Source: Malacoraja senta | Taxonomy: Eukaryota | Assembly: GCA_038087875.1 (NCBI GenBank) | Contig: CM075982.1 | Span: 62,434,001 to 62,498,000, forward strand | Reading direction: 5' to 3' | DNA: 64,000 bases | In this document: piece by piece, positions 1 through 13,425 of the stretch | How positions within the stretch are numbered: the first letter of the stretch is position 1 | Layout: each line of letters begins with the position of its first letter | Translations under genes and position numbers: made by a program | Notes under the pieces: model-generated | The model's input: the letters and a program-made list of their open reading frames with translations, nothing else | What the model was told of the DNA's origin: nothing | Databases searched by the model: none

Positions 1-82
1 AGGACTATAGTCAGGTGGGCAGCCCTGCCAGAAGGCAGTAAGCGAGAGCTTCGTTCAGAGAGCCAGTAAAAACAACCTCTGC

Positions 83-612
83 GACACAGTGGCGCAACAG
101 TAGAGTTGCTGCCTTACAGCGCCAGAGACCTGGGTTCGATCCTGACTATGGTTGCTCTCTGCACGGAGTTTGTACATTCTCCCTGTGACCTAGATAGAGG
201 TATAGAAAGAGTGGATGTGGAAAGGATTCCACTGGTGGGAGAGTCTAGGACCACAGGTCATAGCCTCAGAATTAAAGGGCGCTCTTTGTGGAGGACGTCA
301 GTGGATATTTTTAAGGCAGAGATAGACAAATTCTTGATTAGAATGGGTGCCAAGGGTAATAGGGAGAAGGCAGGAAAATTGGATTAGGAGGCAGAGATCA
401 GCCATGATTGAATGGCGGAATAGACTTGATGAGCTGAATGGTCTAATTCTACTCCTATATCTTGTGAACGTGAACCTGTGGGTTTTCCCCAGATGCTCCG
501 GTTTCTTCCCACACTCCAAAGGCATATAGGTTTGTAGGTTGTCCGGAATGTGTAGGATAGTGCTAGTGTACAGAGATCGCTGGTTGGCGTGGACTTCGTG
601 GGCCAGAGGGCC
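83..612 (+). mobile_element. HE1-like SINE interrupted by a CR1 3' fragment (~192-472)
   Basis: SINE head at 83-191, CR1 GESRTTGH segment and tail, SINE resumes at ~473. Confidence 0.85.
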
Positions 613-921
613 AGATATGAGAAATGTAAGCATTATATACTTCTTAACAATGTCTGTAGTCTCTCGTTTCAGCTCAATGAACATTTTACTGGCAGCTTAC
701 CTTCCATCCTAAACTCTCACTTTCACAAACACTTTTCTTCATGGATTCTCATTCTCACATCAGATGCTCACTCACTGATTAATTCCACTCAAACTCACTC
801 ACACATATTCCTTCATCTTCCTACATACACATTAATCTGCATAAGCGTTCAAGTGCATGCACACACATATGCAACGTACTGACTCACCTGTACCTTGGTC
901 ACTCTACTTTAACTTATTTAG

Positions 922-1455
922 AAAGATAGACTCAAAGTGCTGGAGTAACTCAACAGGTCAGGCAGCATCTCTGGAGAAAAAGGATAGGTGACATTTTGGG
1001 TTGGGACCCTGCTTCAGACTGCAAGTCTGGAAAGGCAAGGGGGGTGTTGAAGACCTGGAGGCGAGAAATGACCAAGGCCAAACATGGCGAGCCACAAATT
1101 ACCTCAAGCAGTGCCTGGTAGGCCAATTGATTGCTAGGGAAGATGTGATCTCAAGAGGGAAACGGTGTGGAGAAACTGTGGAACTGGTAAAATGAATAGG
1201 GTGGAGGAACGGGGCAAGGGGGAGAGGGTGGGGAGGGGAGCGGAAGCTGAAGTTATTTTAAATTAGAGAATTCAATGTTCATACCGCTGGGTTATAATCT
1301 ACCAAAGCGAAAGGTGAGGTGTGTGTGACCTCACTCTGGCAATGGACGAGGCCCAGGACAGAAGGGTGAGTATGCAAATGGGAAGGGGAATTGAATTGGT
1401 TGGCAACCAGGAGATCCCATAGGCCTAGGCAGACCATGCATAAGAGTTCAGTGAA
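922..1455 (-). mobile_element. Penelope-like element 3' fragment
   Basis: Minus-strand VANQFNSPSHLHTHPSVLGLVHCQSE motif plus the same terminal repeat. Confidence 0.75.
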
Positions 1456-1699
1456 AACGTTTAGAGATACAGAGTGGAACCAGGCCCTTCGACCCACTGA
1501 GTCCGCTCGAATAAAGATCACCCAACACTAGTTCAATGTTATCTCAGTTTCTTATCCTACACACAGCAGGCAATTTACGGAAGCCAATTAACCTACAAAC
1601 CTGCATATCGTTGGATCGTTGGTGGAAACCGGAGCATCCGGAAAAAAACCCATGTGGTCACTTGGAGAACGTACAAACTCCACACGGACAGCACCTGTA

Positions 1700-4281
1700 G
1701 TAACATAGAGTCATGGAAAAATAGGTGCAGGAGTAGGCCATTCGGCCCTTCGAGCCAGCATCGCCATTCAATATGATCATGGCTGATCATCTAAAATCAG
1801 TTCCCCGTTCCTGCTTTTTCCCCATATCCCTTGATTCCTTTAGCCCTAAGAGCTGAATCTAAAGGCTCTGTCTTATGTGTTTGCGGTCATCGGCGGTGAA
1901 GCGCGGCTTCGCCTGTAGATTGGACCGCACGGCAACGGCGAGAGCGCCGAGCCTATCCACGGGAGCGCCGCACGGATGCTGCGCGGGGGCCGAGTGATTC
2001 AAATACGGCTGGTCCCACGTGCTTGCGGTAAGTAAAAAAAAGGGCGGGCCGACTGCGATGACATCGGCCCGCCGCACGTGACTCACTAGCGGCGGCTGTG
2101 GCGGCGGCCGTCCTGATCGCGGCGCTGTAGCGGTGGCTGTGCCTGCGGCCGTGCCGCACACGTGCCTCACTGGCGGAGGCTGTGGCGGTGCAAGTTTGAC
2201 GCACGGCACTCGAGCCACACTGGCGGCGGCCGTGCCGCACTCGTGCATCACTGGTGGAGGCTGTGCGGTAGGAAAATATTTTTCAACAGTGTAGGTTTTA
2301 TTTTAGCACCGTGCGGTGTTGGGAACACTGCCGCACGGCCCCGGAATTGTGCGTTCTCACGAGTGCGCGGTCTATGGCGGCAGATTCTTCCCGTTTCGCC
2401 GCCAATAACCTCAGACTCGTGAGACAGGCCTTTAGCTCTCTCTTGAAAACATCCAGTGAATTGGCCTCCACTGCCTTCTGTGGCAGAGAATTACACAGAT
2501 TCACAACTCTCTGGGTGAAGATGTTTTTCTGCATCTCAGTCCTAAATGGCCTACCACTTATTCTTAAACTGTGACCCCTGGTTCTGGACTCCCCCAACAT
2601 CGGGAACATTTTTCCTGCATCTTGCCTGTCCAATCCTTTAAGAATGTTATATGCTTCTATAAGATATCCTCTCATCCTTCTAAATTCCATTGAATACAAG
2701 CCCAGTCGACCCATTCTTTCATCATTTGTCTGTCCCGCTATCCCGGGAATTAACTTGGTGAACCTATGCTGCACTCCCTCAATAGCAAGAATGTCCTTCC
2801 TCAAATTAGGAGTCCAAAATTGCACACAATACTCCAGTTGCTGTCTCACCAGGCCCCTATACAACTGCAGTAGGACCTCCTTGCTCCTAACCTCAAAAGA
2901 AGGCCAGCATGCCATTAGCTTTCTTCACTGCCCGCTGTATTTGCATGCTTACTTTCAGTGACTGATGTACAAGCACACCCAGGTCTCGTTGCACTTCCCC
3001 TTTTCCTAACACCATTCAGATAATAATCTGCCTTCCTGTTCTTGCCACCAAAGTGGATAACCTCACATCTATCCACATTATACTACATCGGCCATGTATC
3101 TGCCCACTCACCCAACCTATGCAAGTCACCCTGCAGCCTCATAGCATCCTCATCGCAGCTCACACTGCCACCCAGCTTTGTGTTATCCGCAAACCTGGAG
3201 ATGTCACATTTAATTCCCTCATCTAAATCGTTAATATATTGTAAATAACTGGGGTCCCAGCACCGAGCCTTGCGGTACCCCACTAGTCACTGCCTGCCAT
3301 TCTGAAAAGGACCCGTTAATTCCTACTCTTTGCTTTCCTGTCTGCCAACCAATTCTCTATCCATGTCAATACCCTACCCCCAATACCATGTGCTCTAATT
3401 TTGCACACTAATCTCTTGTGTGGGACCTTGTCAAAGGCTTTTTGAAAATCCAGATACACCACATCCACTGGCTCTCCCTTATCCATTCTACTTGTTACAT
3501 CCTCAAAAAATTCCAGAAGATTAGTCATACATGATTTCCTCTTCATAAATCCATGCTGACGTTGACCGATCCTGTCACTGCTTTCCAAATGCGCTGCTAT
3601 AATATCTTTAACAATCGACTCACGCATCTTTCCCACTACCGATGTAAGACTAAACTGGTCTATAATTCCCTGTTTTCTCTCTCCCTCCTTTCTTAAAAAG
3701 TGAAGTTACATTGACTACCCTCCAGTCCACAGGAACTGATCCAGAGTCGAGAGAAAATTGAAAAATGATCACCAATACATCCACGATTTCTAGGGCCACC
3801 TCCTTGAGCACTCTGGGATGCAGACCATCAGGACCTGAGGATTTATCTGCCTTCAGTCCCAACAGATTACCTAACACCATTTCCTGACTAATGTGGATTC
3901 CCTTCAGTTCCTCCCTCCCACTAGATCCTCGGTCCCCTAGTATTTCCAGGAGATTGTTTCTGTCTTCCTTAGTGAAGACAGAACCAACGTACTCGTTTAA
4001 CTGTTCTGCTATTTCCTTGTTTCCCATTATAATTTCACCTGTCTATGAGTGTAAGGGACCTACATTTGTCTTCACTCATTTTTTCCTTTTTACATATCTA
4101 AAGAAGCTTTTAGAGTCAGTTTTTATATTCCCCGAAAGCTTTCTTTCATGCTCTTCCCTCCCCCCCCCCCTCTTAATTAACCCCATGTGTCCTCCCCTTT
4201 TGAGTTGTAAAAATGTCTCCCAGTTCTCTGGTTTGCTACTTCCTCTGGCCAATTTATATGCCCTTTCCTTGGATTTAACCT
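1700..4281 (-). mobile_element. CR1 LINE fragment (RT domain and 3' end), interrupted by a MITE at 1863-2432
   Basis: ORFs 3650-4027, 3316-3636 (YLDFQKAFDKVPH), 3083-3283 (FADNTKL), 2298-2915 (LEYCVQFW...TRGH). The CR1 3' UTR continues left of the MITE. Confidence 0.95.
1863..2432. mobile_element. Harbinger/PIF-type MITE (GC/CpG-rich, degenerate TIRs)
   Basis: AGGCTCTGTCTTATG...CGTGAGACAGGCCTT between TAA and TAG, inside a CR1 3' UTR that rejoins cleanly. Confidence 0.75.
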
Positions 4282-4299
4282 GGGTCACTGGCACTGTAA

Positions 4300-5065
4300 A
4301 GGTCAAGAGAGTTTTATTGTCATGTGTCCCAGATAGGACAATGAAATTCTTGCTTGCTGCAGCACAACAGAATATGTAAACATAATACAGAACAGGAGAT
4401 AAAAGTTCAGTGTGTCTATATACCATAGACCATATATATACACGATAAATAAACAGATAAAGTGCAATAGTAATAATAGATTGTTATTTTTCAGATGTTG
4501 TGTTTAATAGCCTGATGGCTGTGGGGAAGCAGCTGTTCCTGATCCTGGATGTTCCAGATTTCAAGCTCCTGTACCTTCTTCACGATGACAACGGAGAGAT
4601 GAGTGTGTGGCCAGGATGGTGTGGGTATCTTTAATGATATTGGCAGCCTTTTTGAGGCAGCGATGGCGATAGATCCCTTCGATGGTGGAGAGGTCAGAGC
4701 CGATGTTGGACTGGGCAGTGGTCACAAATTTTTGCAATGTTGTTCCGCTCCTGGACGTTCAAGTTGCCGAACCAAGCCACGTTGCAACCAGTCAGAATGC
4801 TCTCTACTGTGCACCTGTAGAAGTCCTCCTTGACATACCAACTCTCTGTAATCTTCTCAGGAAGTAGAGGCACTGATGTGCCTTCTTTATAATTGCATCA
4901 GTGTGCTGGGACCAGGAAAGATCTTCAGAAGTATGCACGCCCAGGAATTTGAAGTTTTTGACCCTTTTCACCATCGTCCCGTTGATATAAACGGGATTGT
5001 GGGTCCCTATCCTACCCGTTCCAAAGTCCACAATCAGTTCCTTGGTTTTGCTGCTGTTGAGAGCC
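4300..5065 (-). mobile_element. Rex1/Babar LINE 3' fragment
   Basis: YINGTMVKRVKNFKFLGVHTSEDLSWSQH...KKAHQCLYFLRRL. TGACAATAAA tail at ~4313-4322. Confidence 0.85.
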
Positions 5066-6541
5066 AGGCTGCAGCTCTACCACTGCGCCACTGTGCCACC
5101 CTTAACCTTGTTGCCAAATCTAAGATCATAAGAGACATGGATAATGTGAACGCTCACAGTCTTTTTCCCAGGGTAGAAGATTCTGCAACTAGAGGGCGTA
5201 GGCTTAAGGTGAGAGGGGAAAGACTTAAGAGGGACCTATGGGGCAACCTTTTCATTCAGAGGGTTGCCAGTATCTGGATTGAGTTGCCAAAGAAAGCTAG
5301 ATGTATGGATGGAAAGTGTTTAGAGGGCTATAGGCTAAATGTAATCAAATGGAACTGGCCCAGAATGGATAAAACAGGGCTGAAGGCTCTCTTTCCATGC
5401 TCCATAGACTCAATGATTCTAAGCAGCATAAATCTCCCCTCTTTAAAGACATAGTCAAACTTCTGGTTCATCTCTAAATAACCCGCAACAGATACTTTCT
5501 TTCTGGATTGATGTGCTGATGGTCACGTTGACACAATAAAACTATTGTTTACATCACTGGGAGACAACTTCACTCCAGATATGCATAACTATGCTTGCAC
5601 AAACCATCACCGGAAATCGTAGGATGAATTTCTGGTGAAAGATAATGCATCTGTTAATCAGTGGGTGTTGGCATCCTAAGCTAGGATTTCCAGCTGTGTC
5701 ATACTGTTCCTTCCAGTGAATCAGGACTACATTATGAGACCATAACTTCCAATACAGGTGCTATTGTCCACATTGTAAGGCATCTGCAATAGTTGTAAAT
5801 GAATAAAAGACCAAAACATGTTTTTGCCATAACAAGGCTAACTCAATTTCCTGAAAGTGATATATAATGTGCAGCACATCACAATTGCTCCCTTCTCACG
5901 TGCAGAGCTCTGCGCACATCCGCAGACCAAATGCACAGAGGGCACGAAGTAATCTTGAAAAGTTTAAACGGCAAAATGTGCATGAATTCTCCGTGGTGTG
6001 CTGGAATATAAATGAAAATCAGATTGAAACCTTCAATGGAGTGGAATGTACGAAGAACAGCTCAATTGCTAAAGTCTGGAGATGAACCATCTTGATAATT
6101 CATTAAGCATATTCCATCTAGATTTCAGATATCATTACAGTCACTCCCCGACTTATGTAGGGATTACGTTTCATAAGCCCTTACGTACAGTAAGTGTACA
6201 AGATCAAGAGAGGAATAGATCATGTAAATGCGCAAACTTTTCTGTCAAGAGTAGGAAAAGTAAGAACCAGAGGACCGGTTTAAGGTGAGGGGAGAAGGAC
6301 TTAATTGGAACCTGAGGGATAACTTATTTATACAAATGGTGGTGGGTGTATGGAACGAGCTGCTGAAGGAGGTTGTTGTGGCAGGTACTATCATAATGAT
6401 TAAGAGATATTTGGACAGGTACATAGATAGATAGTCCATGCTTACCCACTCTCTCCTTAATGCACACCTTTCTGCAACATCCTTGTGAAACTGCACACAA
6501 TATACCGGGCGTGGTCTCACCAACATCTTACACAGCGGTTA

Positions 6542-6886
6542 ATGGCCTGTCCCACTGTACGAGGTAATTCAAGAGTTCTCCCGAGTTTTCCCGATTCGTA
6601 TTCGGAGAATGTCCATAGCGGGTCCGTAGGAGTTCGTGGATGTCACGTAGCGGCTCGTACGAGTAACGGTAGGTACTCGGGAAATCCGGTAAACTCGTGA
6701 TGTTTTTTCAACACTGTGAAAAATGTCCACGAGTAAAAAAATACTTGTGATGAAGTTTAAAAAAAACTTTTTACTCATACTAGCCGCTACGAGACATCCA
6801 CGAACTCCTACGGACATTCTCCGAGTTCGAATCAGGGGAAAACTCGGGAGAACTCTTGAATTACCTCGTACAGTGGGACAGGCCCT
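6542..6886. mobile_element. Harbinger/PIF-type MITE
   Basis: About 45-bp near-perfect TIR (GGCCTGTCCCACTGTACGAGGTAATTCAAGAGTTCTCCCGAGTTT). TTA TSD at 6539-6541 and 6887-6889. Confidence 0.9.
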
Positions 6887-7819
6887 TTACATGACATACC
6901 AACTCTTGCACTTGATAGCCCGTCCAATGAAGGCAAATGTGCCATGTGCTTTCTGCAGTACTTGTGTCTCCACTTCGAGGGATCTATGTAGTTTTACCAT
7001 TAAATCTCTCTGTACCAGCTGTGCCATATTGCCACCCCAGGTCAGGCCTTTATTTAACATATCATTCAAAAAATTGCTCCTTTAGCTTTGTATCGTTCTC
7101 AAAATGCTGCCCTGACGTGTGGGTCTGTATTGCATGCTTGCTTCTGGCCTACGATACCAACCCTCAATTGTTTGAAGATAGACACAAAATGCTGAAGTAA
7201 CTCAGGCAGCATCTCTGGAGAAAAGAAATAGGTAACGTTTCGGGTAGAGACCCTCAAAACTATTCCTTTTCTCCACAGATGCTGCCTGGCCCACTGAGTT
7301 ACTCCAGCATTTTGTGTCTTTCTTCGGCGTCTGCAGTTCCTTCCTGCACATTCCTCCACAATTGGCTGACTCAGGCCACCACTAAGCCATGGCTGTACAA
7401 GCAGTCTGTCGTCTATTTTATATAGAGTTGTGATGTGGTATCGCAGGAATTTAATTACTTGTTTTAAGCACAGCAGTGGCTCCATTGTGGAACTGAAAAA
7501 CAAATCCACCCAAAGTTTAACAAGCTTGTCCCTGAAACTGCTAACAACCATTACCTCCCATCTCAAACCAAACCAGGAAGAATCGGAAAAATTAAATGAA
7601 TCAACATCAAATGCAACGGTTTGATCTGACCCCAGGCAGTATGTACACAGTTGTTTAGATGTTTAGAACCCTTACCACCCAGAGTTTACCACTGTTGTCA
7701 GCATGTGCTACGGGCACTGTTTCTTTAAGATGCTGAATAAACAATGTGCTTATGTCCTTATACTCAGCATCTCACAGTCACTTAAAGAGAGACACAGACC
7801 ACTGCAGGCTGATTTAGTT

Positions 7820-8680
7820 GTCCAAGATGAGGGGGAAATATTTAATAGGAACCTGAGTGGTAACTTTTTCACACAAACAGTGGTGGGTGTATGGAACGAG
7901 CTGCCGGAGGAGGGAGTTGAGGCAGGTACTACTGCAACGTTTAAGAAACATTTAGACAGGTACATGGATAGGGCAGGTTTAGTGGGATATGAGCCAAACA
8001 CAGGAAGGTTGGACTAGTGTAGATGGGACATGTTAACCAGTGTGCATGGGCGGAAAACCCGGGGGGGGGGCCTCTTTCCGCGAGGCAGTGGGGGTGGGAC
8101 TGATGATCGAGGGCGTGATGATTGGAGGAGGGAGGAGTGGGGGGGGGGGGGTTGGGACTGAGGATAGAGCGCGGCGATTGGAGGAGGGAGACGTGGCACA
8201 GACTTGCGCCTCATCCGCAGGCAGGATCGATCCCGGCTGGGTCTCCGGCGCTGTCCCGAGTGCCCCCCCCCCCCATGGGTGGCCAGAGAGGTCGGGAGTC
8301 AGACGCGAGCTGTACCCACAGGCCCACAGCCAGCGCAGAGAAGCAGCACTAAACCCAGCTCACTCTGCCTGTCCCGCCAGGTGAACCTGCCTGGACTTGC
8401 GGGAAATATGGCCAGCGTGGAGAAGCAGCGCTGGTATCCCGTCAGTCCAGACAGGGCTGTAGTTAACACGGTGAGACAGGCAGTTGAGCTGCATTTAGCG
8501 CTGGATTGAGCCTCCGAAGCCTCGCGCGCATGTGTGTGTGTGAGTGTGTGCATGCACGCGCAGCCGCCAAAATATTGTGTTCCCCCGTCCCCTCCATGTT
8601 TTGATAGCGAGTTCCGCTCTTGCCAGTGAGGGCAAGTTGGTTCAAAGGTCCTGTTTCCACGGTGTAAGACTCTATGACAC
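7820..8680 (+). mobile_element. CR1 3' fragment interrupted by an 8-bp-TSD DNA element
   Basis: FFTQTVVGVWNELPEE...FKKHLDRYMD. The tail resumes at 8623 (GGGCAAGTTGG...CCTGTTTCCAC). Confidence 0.8.
8045..8622. mobile_element. Non-autonomous hAT-like DNA transposon
   Basis: TIR CATGGGCGGAA / TTCCGCTCTTG (9/11). 8-bp TSD CCAGTGTG (8037-8044) and CCAGTGAG (8623-8630). G-tract and C-tract subterminal ends. Confidence 0.75.
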
Positions 8681-8739
8681 ACCAGAGGTTTCAAACTGGG
8701 GTTTCCTCTTCAGTTCTCCAGCTACGTTTGAGTGAAGCA

Positions 8740-9071
8740 TAGAACATAGAAACATGTAAAATAGCTGCAGGAGTAGGCTATTCGGCCCTTTGAGCCAGCA
8801 CCGCCGTTCAATATGATCATGGCTGATCATCCAAAATCAGTACCCCGTTCCTGCTTTTTCCCCATATCCCTTGATTCCTTTAGCCCCAAGAGCTAAATCT
8901 AACTCTGTCTTGAAAACATCCAGTGAATTGGTCTCCACTGTCTTTTGTGGCAGAGAATTCCACAGATTCACAACTGTCTGGGTGGTTTTTCCTCATCTCA
9001 GTCCTAAATGGCCTACCCCTTATTCTTAAACTGTGACCCCTGGTTCTGGACTCCCCCAACATCGGGAACAT
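8740..9071 (-). mobile_element. CR1 3' fragment
   Basis: MFPMLGESRTRGHSLRIRGRPF. Near-identical to 1715-1862 joined to 2433-2610. Confidence 0.9.
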
Positions 9072-9714
9072 ATGAACAGACCATAGATCAGTTCATCACT
9101 TCAAGATTATCCCAATACTTTGATCTAAGTAGGGCTCTGATTCAGAAATGAACATTCCAATGTAATTTACAAATAAAATATTTTGCTTAGCTCTCAATTT
9201 ATAATGAAATATCGATTACCTGGATCTGCAGTTATTTATGTATCAAACTGACTTTTTTATTACCTAATCAGCTACTTATGGCAGTAAACAATGGTGGACT
9301 TCATCATTTACTGGGGAGATGGCTGTTGAAACAGGTTTTCTTGGGTTTGGCTTCATGTCTATACACACATGCCCATGTTCTCCATTCTGCTGTTGACCTT
9401 TGGTAGATTTTGAAAGGTAATTTAGTTGTCTTCGATAGTCTTGGAGCTCAACAGTGAGGCCATGAACAATGGTAGAGACTCCTACAATGTAACTGAGTCT
9501 TGTGGTGGCCCAGAACAAATCTTGCTCAAAAACCTCCACTGGATATCTCTACTTGACCCTAAATCCTTACCCCCAAATTTGACCTATTGTCGAGGTTATT
9601 CAGTGTTTCTGAATGTCTCTAACATTCTAAAACTTACATTAAATAATATATATTTACATTTTTTAACTGTTTTTTTAAAACAAATTTAAAACAAACAAAG
9701 CAATAAGGTTTGAG

Positions 9715-9966
9715 CTTAACCTCAGGTACTGTGTGTGTGGAGTTTGTATGTTTTCCGTGACCACGTGGGTTTCCTCCGGGTGCTGTGGTTTCTTTCCACG
9801 TCTCAAAAACTTGTGGCTAGTGGCCTCTGTATATTGCTTCTGGTGTGTAGGGAGTGGATGAGAAAGTGGGAGAATAGAGAACTAGTGTGAATGGGTGACC
9901 GATGGTTGAATGGACTCAATGGGCCAAAGGGCCTGTTTCCATGCTGCATCTCTAGACTAAACTAAA
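9715..9966 (+). mobile_element. HE1-like SINE (5'-degraded)
   Basis: Central domain and tail match the reference copy. Confidence 0.75.
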
Positions 9967-10479
9967 AGACAATTAAATGCTCAATTTAAAAATACGCAAC
10001 TTCTCTTATTCTTACCTTTCTTCCTCAGAACTGTGTGATGCTCTTTCAAATGCATGGGCTTGTAGTTGGCAAGGTGTCTTACAGAACGTTGTTTATCATA
10101 AACATGGGAATCTCAATTGGTTTCTGCTTCACTTTTGGACTCCAATACGGGAACTTAGCCAGAAATGTCAAAACATGACAGCTAATATGAGCCAGCAATT
10201 ATTTATGGAATTACTGATAATGTCTGAGCCAACATACTAGCACTATCTTCCTTGGAGCAGGTTGTGTTCTGCTGGCTCAAAATATAGAGCAGATTGCCAC
10301 AAACCCTAAACTCAAAGGTTATTAGGAGAAGGCAGGAGAATGGAGTTGAGATGGAAAGATAGATCAGCTATGATTGAATGGTGGAGTAACCTCGATGGGC
10401 AGAATGGCCTAATTCTGTTCCCATGACATAAACTTATGACCATGAGAATTTATTTTTGTAAACAATGCAATCCTTAATG

Positions 10480-11120
10480 ATAACAAGTCTCTCCACTTGC
10501 ACCTCCGCCAACCTCATCTACTGTATCGACTGTTCTAGGTGTAGACTCCTATATATCGGCATGACCACTGGCAGACTGGGCGATCATTACACTGAAGACC
10601 ATCGCCCAGTCTGCCTATGCGCTCTCCCAGTTGCCGAACACTTTAACACACCTTCCCATTCCCACACTGACCTTTCTGTCCAGGGCCTCCTCCACTGTCA
10701 GAGTGAGGTCAAACTTTCAATTGGAGGAACAACAGATTATATTTCGCTTGGGCAACTTACAACCCAGTTGTCTCTCTCTGTCTCTCCCCCATCTTAGTCG
10801 TCGCACTAGTTTCACTGTCGTCCTGCTTAGTTTCACTGTTGGTATCACTCGTTATCACCTTCTCCACAGCCAACAATGGACCATTGTGGGCTCCACATTT
10901 CCTTGGTCATTGTTGCTGGCTTTGATTCATCCTTTTGCATGCTGTTCATTCATTTGTTCTTTGTACCTTTTCATGTCTCTCATCTCCCTCTTCCCTGACT
11001 CTCAATCAGAAGGAAGGTCCCGCCCCGAAATGTCACCTATACTTATGAATTTATGAACTATCCCTTTTCTTCAGAGATGCTGTCGGACCCACTGAGTTAC
11101 TCCAGCTTTTTGTATCTCTC
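10480..11120 (+). mobile_element. Penelope-like element 3' fragment (GIY-YIG endonuclease remnant and terminal repeat)
   Basis: TCTSANLIYCIDCSRCRLLYIG...PVAEHFN..SHSHTDL...EEQQIIFRLGNLQP, followed by the GAAGG...CCCGAAATGTCACC / GATGCTG...CTGAGTTACTCCAGC terminal repeat. Confidence 0.85.
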
Positions 11121-11189
11121 CTTATTTTGCTATCTGCTTCTTTTTAAATGGTCCTTAAACTTACCTTCTTGGGCCAGTCTTTTGGTCAT

Positions 11190-11500
11190 GGTCAGATATT
11201 TCCTCCAGTCACTTCCGCTCCAACTCTCAGTTCTTTTAAATCGGGGCTGAAGACTTTTCTGTTTGACTCTGCTTTTAATTTTAATTCAATTAAATAATTA
11301 TTCATTTCTTACACTGCACTGTAACTTTTATTCTTGTATTTTATACTTGTCTTATTCTATTTTATGTAATTTTAATTTTCTATTCTTTTTAATGACTGTT
11401 TTTAATTGCTTTTGATTGCTTTTTAATACTTTGTGTAAAGCACTTTGAATTGCCTTGTTGCTGAAATGTGCAATGTAAATAAACTTGCTTGCTTGCTTGC
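11190..11500 (+). mobile_element. L2 3' UTR and tail
   Basis: GTAAAGCACTTTGAATTGCC...AAATAAA then (CTTG)n, the same architecture as 29170-29240. Confidence 0.7.
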
Positions 11501-12037
11501 TATTGTCAAATTTTGATTTGCACAGCCCTATGAAGTTCTACCAAGAAAGATCTGCTGTTTAATTACAAGTCACTGCCAAACTGCAATGTAAAGCCGTGGC
11601 TTCTCACTTGTAAAGAAACCAATGACATGGCTTTACCTTACTGTTTGAGCTGTCCCAGAGTGCAACAAGATCAGGAACAGCAATTAGTCTGGTACACTGC
11701 TGTTCATTTAGACGTGAAGACTGTTTTCCATTTCTTGGTGAGTCATTTGTTCTCCTAAAAATTGAGATTGCTTGTTTTTCTTCCTGTTTGTATTGTTATA
11801 GCCCTTATACATGTATTGTGCCAGGAGGAAGCATGAGAAACCCAACACATTTTTTGTGCAGATGAGTTGCAGTATAACATTTTCCCAGTACAAAATGTCT
11901 AGTAATATCTGATTTTAAATGAGCCTTGGCACAACATTATCACTGAATACAAATACATTTATTGATAATTTCAAATGTTAATGCATATTTTTGACTTGCA
12001 CCTGCAACTGACATTTAGAAACGGTGTAAAGATCTTA

Positions 12038-12762
12038 AGTGTCGGAAGGAACTGTAGGTGCTGATTTACACCGAAGATGGACACAAAAAGCCCTGTCCCA
12101 CGGTACGAGTTCATTCCAAGAGCTCTCCCGAGTTTAAAAAAAATCAAATTCGTGGTAAGCACGGAGAATGAATGTAGCGGGTACGTCGGAGCTCGGGGAC
12201 GTCTCTTAGCGCTAACGGCAGGTACTTGGGAAGACTCGCTAACGGCAGGTAAGCACGGAAAGACTCGTGAAGATTTTTCAACATGATGATAAAATGTCCA
12301 CAAGAGCCCCGAGTACCGACGAGTGGCCATTACCGTAAATCTCCGAGTTCGAATCAGGGCAAACTCGGGAGAACTCTTGGAATGAACTTGTTCCGTGGGA
12401 CAGGGCTTTAACTCAGCGGCACAGGCAGCATCTCTGGAGAGTAGGAATGTGTGACGTTTCAGGTCGAGACCCTGCTTCAGACTGAGAGTCAGGATAGAGA
12501 GTCTAGAAATATGGAAGCGTAAGGTGTGAAAATGACAGATCAAAGCAGACGATGATAAAGAAATGTAAAATGGTTCATTGTTAGCTGAGGGGAAGGTGAC
12601 AATGAGGCATACAATCAGTACAATTAATCAGGAGGACAAACTAGTCGGAGAACTAGGGTGGAGGAGGGACGAAGAGGGAGGGAAAACAAGGGGTATTTGA
12701 AGTTAGAGAAATCAATCTTCATACCGCTGGGTTGTAGGCAGCCCAAGCGAAAGATGAGGTCT
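12038..12762 (-). mobile_element. Penelope-like 3' fragment interrupted by a MITE
   Basis: Terminal repeat at 12038-12490 and a LIFRLGCLQPSGM coding remnant at ~12720-12760. Confidence 0.75.
12088..12408. mobile_element. Harbinger/PIF-type MITE
   Basis: AAGCCCTGTCCCACGG...CCGTGGGACAGGGCTT. TAA on the right; the left host flank has lost about 9 bp. Confidence 0.88.
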
Positions 12763-13119
12763 TATGACAGCACAAGCTTTCAGAAAGGCCTGACGGAGGC
12801 TATGAATGGGCCTTGTCTTTACCCTTCCTGAGGCCTGTGGGCCTCTCACAGAGTACACTGCTCCACAGAACGGCCCTGCCATTTAGGCCACAGTTGCTGG
12901 GAGTTGCATGGCCGCAGGGATTTAGTGCAGATGTGGGGAGGAGGTCATTAGCGACGGTTTCGGAGCAGCCACAAGGCTGGAGAGCACAATCTGGCCCCAG
13001 TCAACGATAAAAGTTGCCTAGACACTGGGTAGAAAGTGGAGTGAGTAGAAACAAATATTTTGTTTCCTTTTGAGGTTTTTTTAAGAGATAAAAAATAGAT
13101 AGATATTTAAAATAGATAG

Positions 13120-13425
13120 AGATTGCATGGAAATAGGCCCTTCAGCCCATCGAATCTGTGCTGACACCGACTATCGATCACTCATTCACACTAGGTTTAT
13201 GTTATTCCACTTCCACATACAGTCACCACACACCAGAGGTAATTTACAGAGGCCAATTAATCTACAGATGCACATCTTTGGGATATAGGAGGAAACCAGA
13301 TCGTCTGGGGAAAACTCACACGATCACAGTGAGAACGTGCTAACTCCGCACAGACAGCACCCGAGGTCAGGATCAAACCCGGGTCTCTGGTGCTGTGATC
13401 TGCCAGCTGCAGCACAGTGCCACCC
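13120..13425 (-). mobile_element. HE1-like SINE (older)
   Basis: Reverse-complement match to the reference copy. Confidence 0.8.

Noticed and set aside
6135-6195. TA-CAGTCACTCCCCGACTTA, resembling a Tigger/pogo end (similar weak signal at ~27670-27730)
   Set aside because: Only one end is visible and there is no matching TIR, so it is too weak to call.
9276-9539. 87-aa minus-strand ORF with protein-like composition, plus a GTAAG donor-like site at ~10015
   Set aside because: No recognisable domain, no convincing acceptor, and I could not join the pieces into a gene model.
9490-9540. GGPEQ (ORF 9426-9689) and CSKT (another frame), both motifs of Zic finger 1
   Set aside because: They are in different frames and the wrong order, with no flanking Cys/His pattern and nearby stops. 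Most likely coincidence; a tBLASTn with Zic exon 1 would settle it.
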